Below the pieces are notes generated by a model, which was given only the letters and a program-made list of their open reading frames with translations, ran no database searches and was not told where the DNA came from. Shown here one piece after another: positions 12,001-22,385 of a stretch of DNA of 64,000 nucleotides (the stretch's first letter is position 1; each line of letters begins with the position of its first letter). The DNA is from Eledone cirrhosa (Eukaryota). The position numbers were made by a program, and so were the translations under genes. The stretch is from contig OZ024742.1 in NCBI GenBank assembly GCA_964016885.1, forward strand, positions 57,102,001 to 57,166,000, read 5' to 3'.

Positions 12001-13624
12001 TCTACCACTAAATTTAGGATGTCAACCGAATCTTGTCCTAGCCCGTCAGCATTCATCTCCTCAGTGGCCGTATCTCTGTTCCAGGTATTATTTATCTCAG
12101 TATTCAGATCATTGTCTGCTTCGGGTGGTTCCTCCGTTCTCAGGACCTCTTCACCTTCATTTCCCACTGGCTCGCTTGTCTGGCATACTACACCCGCCAT
12201 CTCCAAGCCATTCTCTCTGCTCAGTTCCTCCAGTTCCAGCTCGCTTATCCACCCATTAGTTCTTATTACCCGAGCCTGCCCGGCCAATTTTTGTTCATCT
12301 AATTTAAATAAACCAATCTCGTTCCAGATGTTATGCATCCGTCTCCTGTAGCCCCTCTCCTTGGGGTTACTTTTCAGGTAACATTGCATAACAGTTCTAT
12401 TCAATTCTTTCGTCCAGTTGGTTCTGGCCCCTTTCCTTCTTCTTCTTCCTCCAACATCAGCAGTATTTGGTTGACAGTCAGGTTCCTGCTGCTGAGCCAG
12501 GGGGCACCTGTTGGGTGAGAGTCTGTCACATGACGTTCTAGTCTCCATTTCGCCGTTATTCGAACTGTTTATGTTCGATATTTAAACACTCTTATCGAGG
12601 ATTGGCGAATGTATGGTTACATAGCCATCTGTGGATCCGCCATCCCACTTGGCCCTTGTGTGGCATTATCACCACGCTGTATACGAACACACATAAACAA
12701 ACAAACACACAGGCAGAAAGGGCCCCAAAAATGAATAAGCATAAGTTTCATTGTAATGTAGTGTTCGAATGTCTGACTTAGTTTTTGTTTTTTAAGTTTT
12801 AGTTTTTCCCCCCTCTTCTCTGTCCGTCCGCCTGCTTCTCTCTTCATTCTTATTTTCTTTACGTTTTGGGGGTTTCTTTTTTTGTTTTTGTTTTTCTCTG
12901 TTTGTTTTTCTCGTTTTTGCTGTTGTTGCTGTGCTGCTTTGGTTTTGTTGTTTGTTTTTTCTTTTTTCTTTTGAGTCTATCTATATATTTTGATGCCTTC
13001 CTCTTTGTTAGTAGTAGGAATTCTATAATGTGGAAGTAGCAGCCAGCAGGGAGAAGTGGGAGACTGGCGGCGGTAGCGATACTGAGACAGTGGTGGTGGT
13101 GATGTCGATACCGAGGCAGTGGTGGCGGTGATGTGACCGTATTACTGTAGTGATGGTGCTGTAGCGGTGGCAGCAGTGAAGGAGTGAAGGGATGGTGGCG
13201 GCGGTGATGGGATAGTGGTGGTAATGATGGCCGTAGTGAGCGGTGGTGGTGAAGGTGAAAATGCCGTTATCTGGCTGTTGTGTTTAGTGTACACAGATGA
13301 TGGGGTGGGTGGTGTATCTAGTTTCTATTTGTTGGTGAGTTTGGCTGTCCTATATAGTGTAGACAGAGGAGAGGGGGGGGTTCTTCTTCCATTTATAGCC
13401 ATTTTCTTTTTTGGATATAGAGTGTACAATACAAAGTTGAATATTTGAATATTTGAGCCTTATAACAATATATTTTGGGTCCGAATTTTTTGGGGCTCAA
13501 GCCGGGTGCTATACGTAGCATTTGTACTAAGAGTTGTTATTTCACAAATGATTTAAATATGTTAAAAATTCAAAACTTACGGGAGCGATTTCATGACCTC
13601 CGTCACCTCGTCCGTCTTCTTCCC
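9081..13624 (-). mobile_element. apparently full-length R4/Dong-like RLE non-LTR retrotransposon (family A) bounded by (TAA)n tracts
   Basis: Intact ORF, a 75-nt 3' UTR running into (TAA)n at 9048-9081, and about 1.07 kb of leader up to (TAA)n at 13625-13720. Confidence 0.85.
9156..12548 (-). CDS. R4/Dong-clade RT-RLE polyprotein, 1130 aa, intact
   Basis: Myb-like N-terminus (WTKELN...W), RT motifs (KSPGPDG, NYRPITCL, EQKG, DYRKAFD, GIFQGDSLSPLLF, FMDD, YKYLG), CCHC knuckle CRICGEREETVAHIVSEC, RHD, and RLE motif RPD...DVACP...EKI.RY. Confidence 0.95.
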   Translation of the reverse strand: METRTSCDRLSPNRCPLAQQQEPDCQPNTADVGGRRRRKGARTNWTKELNRTVMQCYLKSNPKERGYRRRMHNIWNEIGLFKLDEQKLAGQARVIRTNGWISELELEELSRENGLEMAGVVCQTSEPVGNEGEEVLRTEEPPEADNDLNTEINNTWNRDTATEEMNADGLGQDSVDILNLVVDELNNDSGRPMNLRFVDRKKLKETTAKLNKVIPYLEARSLHQCNNILKATANTVRKLLGIKARGNNRQERAEPWWKKRLSGKIGEMRNDIGKLESLLNGTLKNIGTKNRLEIKYKTRSKKLNIIIEELKQRIVAKSAKIRRYENRVSQYKQNRMFDNNQKMLFGQLEGKERGNDLIPGAEQTKTFWRGIWEQDVRHNAQAGWIETVQREIGEQAQQQTDLSITVETLKGQAKKLTNWKSPGPDGVQGYWIKHLTSLHPKLTAMFNDCLVSGEVPEWLTKGTTILIMKDRIKGNDVTNYRPITCLSVMWKLLTSIVSEEIYHHLHTNNLLPDEQKGCRKKSRGTKDQLLIDKMVMGNCRRRHTDLAMGWIDYRKAFDMVPHSWITKSLEIFRVADNIRQLLGRSMGSWETELTSTGVSLGSVKIKRGIFQGDSLSPLLFVLALMPLTIMLRKVRAGYKLGRGELTINHLLFMDDLKLFGKSEKELDVLVDTVRIFSSDICMQFGIGKCGVIVMRRGRLSRSSGIQIPTGEMIKEIDSEEGYKYLGVLEADGIKNKKMKELLRTEYIRRVRSVLKSHLNSRNAISAVNSRAVSIIRYSAGILRWNVAEQKEMDRKTRKLLTIYNMFHKRSDVDRLYLRRSEGGRGLISIEDCVQMEKNNLYKYVTYSKEPMLKTVLKEGTVGQGMSKEEITSRRKSSLKGKSLHSTFFEKTEFRDPQTWNWLRRGDLKKATEGMIVAAQEQALKTKWLKHHIYKEEASPLCRICGEREETVAHIVSECKHLAQTHYKGWRHDVMGRVIHWHLCKINNLPHSEKWYEHRPEAVMENNQVKVLWDFRIQTDKKLEHNRPDLVVVDKEKRSRLIVDVACPFDTRVQEKEREKINRYQDLKWEVKRIWNCHEDKVIPIVIGALGTISKSFQGWLKKIGPFTLFGTLQKACLLGTARTLRYVLNI

Positions 13625-13719
<95 letters not shown>

Positions 13720-13720
13720 G

Positions 13721-15131
13721 TTTGAGTCTCAGTCATTGATGTTATTTAACTGGAAAGTTTGTTGAAATGGTTTATCAAGCCGCTACCTGCAGCCTCAGAT
13801 ATTCAGGACGTATCGTAGGGTTCTTGCTGTTCCCAGCAAGCATGCCTTTTGAAGTGTTCCAAAAACCGGGGCTGGACTAATATTCTTTAACCATCCTTGG
13901 AAACTCTTTGAGATAGTACCTAGTGCTCTTATAACAAACGGGACGACCTTGACTTCATGGTAGTTCCAAATCCTTTTTACCTCCCGCTTTAAGTCCTGGT
14001 ATCGGTTGATTTTCTCCCTCCCCTTTTCTTGCACTCTCGTGTCAAATTGGCAGGCTACATCTACAATCAGGCGCGATCTTTTTTCCTTGTCTAAAACCAC
14101 CAGGTCAGGCCTATTGTGTTCTAACTTCTTATCCGTCTGTATCCTAAAATCCCATAGCACCTTCACCTGATCGTTTTCTATCACCGACTCTGGCTTATGC
14201 TCATACCACTTCTCAGAATGTGGTAAATTGTTTACTTTGCATAGATTCCAGTGGATCGCCCTGCCTATCACATCATGTCTCCAGCCTTTATAGTGAGTCT
14301 GGGCTAGGTGTTTACACTCGGATACAATGTGAGCCACAGTCTCCTCTCTCTCTCCACAGATCCTACACAGTGAGCTAGCCCCCTCCTTGTAAATATGGGG
14401 TTTCATCCACTTCGTTCTGAGGGCCTTTTTAAGGTCTCCTCTTTTTAACCAGTTCCATGTCTGTGGATCTCTAAATTCAGTTTTCTTAAAGAAGGTACTA
14501 TGAAGGGGTTTTTCATGAAGGTTGCTCTTCCTCCTTGTTGTTATTTCCTCCTTGCACATCCCCTAGTCTATTGTTCTCCCCTTCAGTACAATTCTGAGCA
14601 TTTTCTCCCTACTGTCGGTCACGTATTTGTGCAGGTTGTTTTTCTCCATCTGAACACAGTCCTCTATGCTGATATGACCTCTTCCACCTTCAGATCTCTT
14701 TAAGTAGAGTCTATCGACATCACTCCTCTTGTGGAACATGGTGTAGATAGTAAATAGCTTCCTAGTCTTCCTGTCCATTTTTTTTTGTTCAGCAACATTC
14801 CATTTCAGAATTCCCGCACTGTACCTAATAATAGACACAGCTTGGGAATTCACTGCACTTATGACATTCCTACTATTTAGACGTGATGTTAATACGCTCC
14901 TAACACTCCTAATGTACTCAGATCTTATCAATTCCTTCATTTTTTTGTTCCTTATGTCATGTGCCTTCAGAACACCTAAATATTTGTATTCTTCTTCAGT
15001 GTCAATTTCCTTTATCATCTCACCTGTTGGTACCTGGATTCCGTTGCTTCTGCTCAATTTACCCCTGTTCATCACTAGGACTCCACACTTATTAATACCA
15101 AATTGCATACATATATCACTGCTGAAAATAC
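13721..15131 (-). mobile_element. 5'-truncated, mutated Dong family A copy
   Basis: ORF pieces 13795-14559 and 14563-15108 are homologous to the C-terminal part of the intact ORF. Same 3' UTR; flanked by (TTA)n. Confidence 0.92.
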
Positions 15132-15629
15132 ACTGCTCACTCTACCCAATATTATTATTATTATTATTATTATTGGCGACCTACGTAGGAAATCGCATTA
15201 TCGTGAGCTCCGCAAAGGTTTGTTGTTTTCGTTTGTTTAAAATTGCCATTTATGGAAATTTTTTGTTGTTAATTTTTACAAGGTCACAAAATTTGCTTTC
15301 GGAAAAGGACACTCAAAAAGATTGGGGCCTTGAGCCCAAAATTTAAACTTTTATAATTATCAAACAAGAAATTTCTTTGAAAAAATCACGGACGACTCAC
15401 AACCACACCTTCCTCACAAACTAACACCTCACAGCGACACCACCATTGTAAAAATTACTACGTTTGCCAACACTAAAAATATAAGCAGTAGCAATAATTT
15501 AAATTTGTCTCATGCAGACATTCATTTCCCGCCATTACCAATGACTGCAGGTGTTGAAGCCGCCACCCCCACCACAGCGAGAAGAGAAACAAAAAAAAAT
15601 AAATAAATAAATTATCTCGTGACATCGAA

Positions 15630-17296
15630 ATGGATTCACCAAGAATCGACTCTTCCACACTGAACACCACTGACGCCACCACCACTACAACTGAAAATAA
15701 AAATAACAATAACAAAAATAACAATAACAACAACAGCAACAACAACAATGAGAATAACAACACCGTGTCGTTTGCGAAAGCAGCCAAAAAATGCGAAACA
15801 ATCCAGGTAATTCAGGAGGAATTAGATGAAGCCAAGAGAATGGTAAAGAAAGAAAGATGGGTATAGGGTCAGCCTCCCCCCACCCACCTAATAAAATGGA
15901 GCATCGGCGCCTATGCACCGTGTCTTATCGGACGATTAACATAAAATCGCGTCGAGTGCAACGGGCATCCGAGTCCCAAATCCAAAAAGCTTTGGGACAT
16001 TCCAGACATATGGAACCGTGACGTGTTCTTGGAACCCCACAGGAGGCCAGAGAGCACTCCATGGCCCCATTAAGAAGCGACGACTTCACAATCGTCCCAA
16101 GCTATTGTGGCCAGATACTCGTAAAGATCAGGGTGGCCCACGTTCCACCGGCCATCGCAATTCCCTGGCTAATGGCTGCCGTCCTCGCCGGCATCGCGGC
16201 CAACACCAAAATAATCGAAATAGCAAAAGAAAAGCAGGAGAACTGGTCCGGATCTGGGATGGAGCTTCTGATCCAAGCGGATCAAAAAATCATTGAGGAG
16301 ATCCCAGAGGTAATAGACCTCACTGACGGCAGCCACCTCACCGTAATCGTCAAGGGTAGAAGGCCTAGGTGTGTCGTTTGTGGTGAAGGAACCCACCTAA
16401 GGGCTTTCTGCCCTCAGGCTAAAAAGTTGAGGCCACCTCTCTTACTCACCCCAGTGACTCAACCTTCAACACCACCAACAGCAGAAATGGCAGCAACAAC
16501 TGTAGCAGCAACAACAGAAGCAACTGTAGCAGCAACAACCCCAGTAACATTGGCAAAACCAACACCACCACCACCCAACGTGCCAGAACTAGCACCAGCG
16601 TCTACACCATTCACCACGCCACAACCAAAACCAAGGCCTGTGGAGGATTTTCCAATCCCCGACCTATTGCAACTGGAGACAGATTGTGACGACGAGGAGT
16701 GGCAAACGGTATCAGGAAAAAAGAAAAAGAGAAAAAGAAGCCAAAAAAGAAAAAAATCCTCTTCCTTCCCCCTCCAAAAACAAAATACAGAAGGAAACAA
16801 ATAAACTATCAAACAAAAAAGTTAGGACAGCTATGCCACCATCCACACCAGCATCACCAACCCCATCACCATAAACACCAACACCATCAACATCATTAAC
16901 CCCAACACATCACCATCACCAACACCACAAAAGTCACCAATAAGCGAAACAGAAACAAACCCACAACAAACGCAAACAAAACAAAACAACCAAAACGATA
17001 CACACTACACAGCATTAAATTTGAACAAGAACCAATTATTACACTACATCCAACACAACACCAGCATCACAGAAAAAGACTACACAACAACCCAAAAGTT
17101 CACACCACCTCCACACATACAAATCACTCGCATCACACAGAAAATGTACACGACACTAAAACAAAAATTCCCCAAAGACATCGGAGACTTCCGACAAGCA
17201 CTCTCCAGTAGGATTTATAAGGACATCCTTCCGGATGAGGCCACAAGAAGTGAAAAGGATGGACAAACCATCCTTCCTCTACGAGAAGTAAGGTAA
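15630..17296 (+). pseudogene. Tx1-like ORF1 (Asn/Thr-rich N-terminus, CCHC knuckle, Pro/Thr- and Lys-rich linker), frameshifted
   Basis: ORF pieces 15630-15866, 16061-16804 and 17021-17296. Confidence 0.8.
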
Positions 17297-17329
17297 GTGG
17301 TCTTTCCCATGTTTTCCACTCCATTTCTA

Positions 17330-20300
17330 CATGACCTCACTCAGAATAGGCAGCATAAATGCGCGTGGCTTGGGGGTCGTCATGGAAGCAGGGCCACCTG
17401 CTCAACGACCTCGGGTCACTAAACATAGATGTAGTGGCCATCAGATCAGCGAGATCAGAATCTCCTAAGCATGGGCCTTCGCACCGATCTTCGGCGGCTA
17501 CGATGTGTACGCATCTCCCAGCCGTCCTGGATCGGGGGAAGGAGTTGCTGTGCTTTATCGGAGAGGTTTGGATCTCGCCATACGGGCCATCTTCCTGGAC
17601 CCAGAAGGTAAGTTGGTGGTGCTGGACGTGACCAGCGGAGACGGGCAAGCTTTCAGGCTAGTGGACGTCTATGCCCCGACAGGAGCAGGGCGGCCTAATT
17701 TCTTCCGGCGTCTGGAAACCTTTCTTGGAACGTCCCGCTCTTTAGTGTTAGTGGGCGACTGGAACGGGATCTTAGATGCACGCTGGGACTGTGTGGGATT
17801 AGCGAATAGGAGAGGAGGGTGCAAGAGCCTCACCAACCTGCTCAGGCGTTTTGAACTGTCTGACAGGTACCGATTGGATTTTCAGAATGTGCCAATGTGG
17901 ACTTGGTCAAACTGCATAGAGTCATCCAGATCATATCTAGATAGAGTATTTTGTATGGAAATACATAGGTCTAGCATAGGCTGTCCACAATTCAAGATAG
18001 TCAGCTACACGGACCACAAATTCGTGATTTATGTACTTGACTTAGATTGGCTTCATAGACGAGGACCCGGCTACTAGAAGCTAAACGCGTCCTTACCAGC
18101 GCGCAAGGCCTACAGAGACCGAATTAATGAACTAGTTAAGCGGGCGTTGACGGAGGCCATCGTCAACAACAAATGGTGGTTTGCTCTGAAAAGAGCGATT
18201 AGAATAGAGTCCATTAGGTTTAGTAAGGCTTTAGCAATAGAGAAAAATAGAGCAGAGGGAGAACTAGTTAGAAAATTAGACGATGCGCTTAGTAAAGGCA
18301 TCGCGACCGACGTACTTGCGGCGAAATTGGCCCTTGACCAATTCTTCAATGCAAAGCACGAAGGCTGCGTTGTCAGAGCTAGGGTGCGTGCTCTCAGACA
18401 CGAGGGGACGAAAGCCGTTCAATGGGCCCGAGTGGCGGAGGCGCGTCGTGGCAACAAAGCCACGATCCGGTCTTTGGTGGACCACGACGAGCGCATGCTA
18501 CTCGATCCCGGGCAAAAGTGTGAAGCTTTTCAGCGACACCTCGCTCGGCTGTTCGGGGGCAGCGGCGGGCCAAATTGAGGGATGGACTTTAGTGTCTACC
18601 TCGACGGACTGCCGCAGCTCTCGGCCACTGAGGCGGAGTGTTGCGAAAAGCCGATAACAGCCGCTGAAGTACGGAAGGCAATGACTGGCTGCACAAGGGG
18701 TAAATCGCCTGGTTTGGATGGTCTGCCCTATGAACTTAACGTACAGATGCCAGACTTGTTCGGAGGCCTCTTCGCGGATGTCTACTGCAACTGGCAACAG
18801 AACGGGAGGATTCCCAGCCCTGTGAGCCGAGGAGCGGTGGCGCTCCTGAGAAAGGATCCGAACAAGGGGGATAACATAGATAATTTCAGGCCCATAACTC
18901 TGCTAAACACAGAGTTCAAGATTTTGGCCAAGGTGCTAGCAAAGAGGTTTGCGCTTGTCGTTGGTGGTCTGGTGGGAGAGGCTCAGACATGCGCCATTCC
19001 CGACAGATCCAGCCACGACAACCTCCACCTCATGCGATACATCGTAGATCAGTCAAAAGCTTTCGATAAGGTCGACCATCGTTACCTAGCGACAGTCCTG
19101 AGGGCGGCTGGCTTTGGGCCCGTCTTCAGAGGCTGGATCGCTGCCATGCACAGCGAAATCTGCTCTGTGGTGAGAGTGAACGGTCACCTTTCGGAACCGT
19201 TCAACATCATGCGCTCGGTCCGCCAAGGATGTCCCCTCTCGTCCCTCTTGTACGTATTGACTCTCGATCCATTACTGCACAAACTGGAGACTCTGAGGGG
19301 GTCCCGCGCGAACTAGGACGTGGGAGATCCGTGTCAGCATATGCGGACGATGTCACCGTAGTGGTGTCGAACGCCAAACACATCGAGGCGATCGGCACTA
19401 CACTAAGAGAATACGAAGCGGTGACAGGAGCAATGATCAACCAGGAAAAGTCAGTCGGCCTGCAGCTCGGCACCTGGAAAGGCAGGGCCATGCCGTCCAA
19501 CAGCGTCGTCGGGCGCTGGACGGACGGACCTGTTAAATTGCTAGGGGTCTGGTTTGGTCCAGACCTCCAGACAGACAAAAACTGGGACGAGGTGACGAGC
19601 AGGGTGGCTTCTCTCACCCAGAAATGGGCGGAGAGGAAGCTATCCCTGAAAAGTCGAGCGGAGGTGGCTAACGCGTACATCGCGTCCGTCATCTACTACC
19701 GCCTGACCGTCGTACCTTGCTCTTTCACTTTTTGTGGAAGGGACGCGCTCCGATGGTCAGGCGGTCCATCTGCTGTCAACACCCGCTACGTGGGGGGCTG
19801 GGCATGCCATGGCTGATGATGCGCAGACACGCGCTCAGGCTACGACATCTCCACCTCTTCCTTGGCGGTGATCAGGTGTGGTCGCCGTTTGCTAGACGCG
19901 TTTTTCCCCAGATCGTCTCCTTGACGGACCAGCAGTCCTGGGTCAAGCTAAGACTGAGAGGGAGCGCTTGGAGACTGGAATGACTTCAGGCGCTCACAGC
20001 CCTCGACCAATCGGGCAATGTGATCGGTGGAAACTCCACCTTGGCGTTCTATAGAGGATTAGTGGAGGGGAAGAGCGACGACGTACTTGTGGAAACTCTA
20101 GGCGTCGACGAAAATCAACTAGCCAATCTCTTCGGAAGAACTTTCGGGCCGGGGCCTATGGACAACTTCCAGAAATCCCTGGCCTGGCAGTGCTACCGAG
20201 GAGCTTTGCCAGTTCGGGATAAACTCTACAGGCATGGAGGTGCCGTTAGTCGAGCATGTCCGAGATGCGCGCAGGGCGACGAAACCGTCATGCACGCACT

Positions 20301-20615
20301 CGTCCAGTGTCCGAGCATTGCTGACTTGCGGATCCAGCTATCAGCTGAGTCCATCGTGAGGATTGCCCCGCCCTCTTCCTTTAGCTGGGAAGGGCAGGCA
20401 GTTTTTATCTGTCTGGTGGCCATGGCGAAAGAGATAGTATGGTGGACACGTTTGAAAGGGCTGAAGACGAGCACTTATCTCTTCGGTGATGCCCTGATTA
20501 ACTTTTTCAAATTTCATTTGAAAAGGAAAATCTTTCATCCAGCATTTTGTTGAAAGATGGGTGAGAGAGGCAAGAATGACCCGAGTGAAGGGGCCTACTC
20601 TGAGTATGTGTCTGT
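17330..20615 (+). pseudogene. Tx1-like ORF2 (APE endonuclease-RT-zinc finger) with multiple stops and frameshifts
   Basis: ORF pieces starting at 17505, 18147, 18582, 19229, 19717 and 20020 carry the motifs in the expected order. Confidence 0.88.
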
Positions 20616-20889
20616 AAATTTAAGGTGGAAAACTGGGAGAGGGCACTTGCCCTGGTGGTCAGGGTCACTGTGGCTTTTTAACGGGCTTTCTCCACGAATG
20701 TCCCTCGGAAGTCTCCCCCCTATTGGGGAATTTTTTCATTGTTCTATTATTACATCCTCTGTTTCTTATATTTTACACGCAGAAATGCCGATTTGTACCG
20801 CCCTGTATTGTCCTGTACTGTCCTTAATGTCTACTTTATGTAGACCCTTGCGGTTAATAAAGAAAGCATTATTATTATTATTGTTATTA

Positions 20890-22201
20890 CTCTTTGAGTC
20901 TCAGTCATTGATGTTAGTTAACTGGAAAGTTTGTTGAAATGAATATCAAGCCACTACCTGCAGCCTCAGATATTCAGGACGTATCGGAGGGTTTTTGCTG
21001 TTCCCAGCAAGCATGCCTTTTGAAGCGTTCCAAAAAGCGTGAAGGGGCCAATTTTCTTTAACCATCCCTGTAAACTTTTTGAGATAGTCCCTAGTGCGCC
21101 TATGACAATCGGGATCACTTTGACTTCATGTCAGTTCCAAATCCTTTTTACCTCCCACTTTAAGTCCTGGTATCGGTTAATTTTCTCCCTCTCCTTCTCT
21201 TGCACTCTCGTGTCGAATGGGCAGGCCACATCCACAATCAGGCACGATCATTTTTCTTTGTCAAAAACCACCAGGTTAGGTCTTTTGTGTTCCAGTTTCT
21301 TGTCCGTCTGTATCCTAAAATCCCACAGCACCTTCACCTGATCGTTTTCTATCACCGCCTCTGGCTTATGCTCATACCACTTCTCAGAATGTGGTAAATT
21401 GTTTACTTTGCACATGTGCCAGTGGATCACCCTGCCCATCACATCATGTCTCCAGCCCTTATAGTGAGTCTGGGCTAGGTGTTTACACTCGGATACAATG
21501 TGAGCCACAGTCTCCTCTCTCTCTCTCCACAGATCCTGCACAGTGGGCTAGCCTCCTCCTTGTAAATGTGGTGTTTCAACCACTTCGTTTTGAGGGCCTG
21601 CTCCTGCGCAGCCATTAACATTCCTTCTGTAGCCTTTTTAAGGTCTCCTCTTCTCAACCAGTTCCATGTCTGTGGATCTCTAAAGTCAGTTCTCTCAAAG
21701 AAGGTACTATGAAGGGATTTTTCCTGAAGGCTGCTCTTTCTCATTGATGTTATTTCCTCCTTGGACATCCCCTGGCCTATTGTCCCCTCCTTCAGTACAG
21801 TTCTGAGCATTGGCTCCTTACTATCAGTCACGTATTTGTGTAGGTTGTTTTTCTCCATCTGAACACAGTCCTCTATGCTGATAAGATCTCTTCAACCCTC
21901 AGATCTCCTTAAGTAGAGTCTATCGACATCACTCCTTTTGTGGAACATGTTGTAGATAGTCAATAGCTTCCTAGTCTTCCTATCCATTTGGTTTTTGTTC
22001 AGCAACATTCCATCTCAGAATTCCCGCACTGTACCTAATAATAGACACAGCTTGGGAATTTACTGCACTTATGGCATTCCTACTGTTCAGATGTGACTTT
22101 AATACGCTCCTTACTCTCCGAAGGTATTCAGTTCTTATCAATTCCTTCATTTTTTTGTTCTTGATGTCATCAGCCTCCAGAACGCCCAAATACTTGTATC
22201 C

Positions 22202-22202
<1 letters not shown>
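20890..22202 (-). mobile_element. 5'-truncated Dong family A copy
   Basis: Highly similar to 9081-10390. Truncated at GYKYLG and joined to (TTA)n at 22202-22266. Confidence 0.92.
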
Positions 22203-22273
<71 letters not shown>

Positions 22274-22290
22274 CACATATATATTATATC

Positions 22291-22385
<95 letters not shown>

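Larger units (their letters stand above)
15175..20867 (+). mobile_element. full-length but degenerate Tx1/L1-clade LINE flanked by (ATT)n on both sides
   Basis: ORF1 pieces carry the knuckle CVVCGEGTHLRAFC. ORF2 pieces carry APE motifs (VYAP, GDWN, WTW, SYLDR, TDH), RT motifs (KSPGLDG, NFRPITLLN, KAFD, VRQGCPLS, YADD) and a C-terminal CPRC...H...C. AATAAA at 20856. Confidence 0.92.

Noticed and set aside
12560-12700. HDV-like ribozyme at the 5' end of the R4/Dong element (also checked 13570-13624)
   Set aside because: Only a simple hairpin (GGCGGAT/ATTCGCC) was found. P1, P2 and P3 of the nested pseudoknot could not be assigned by eye.
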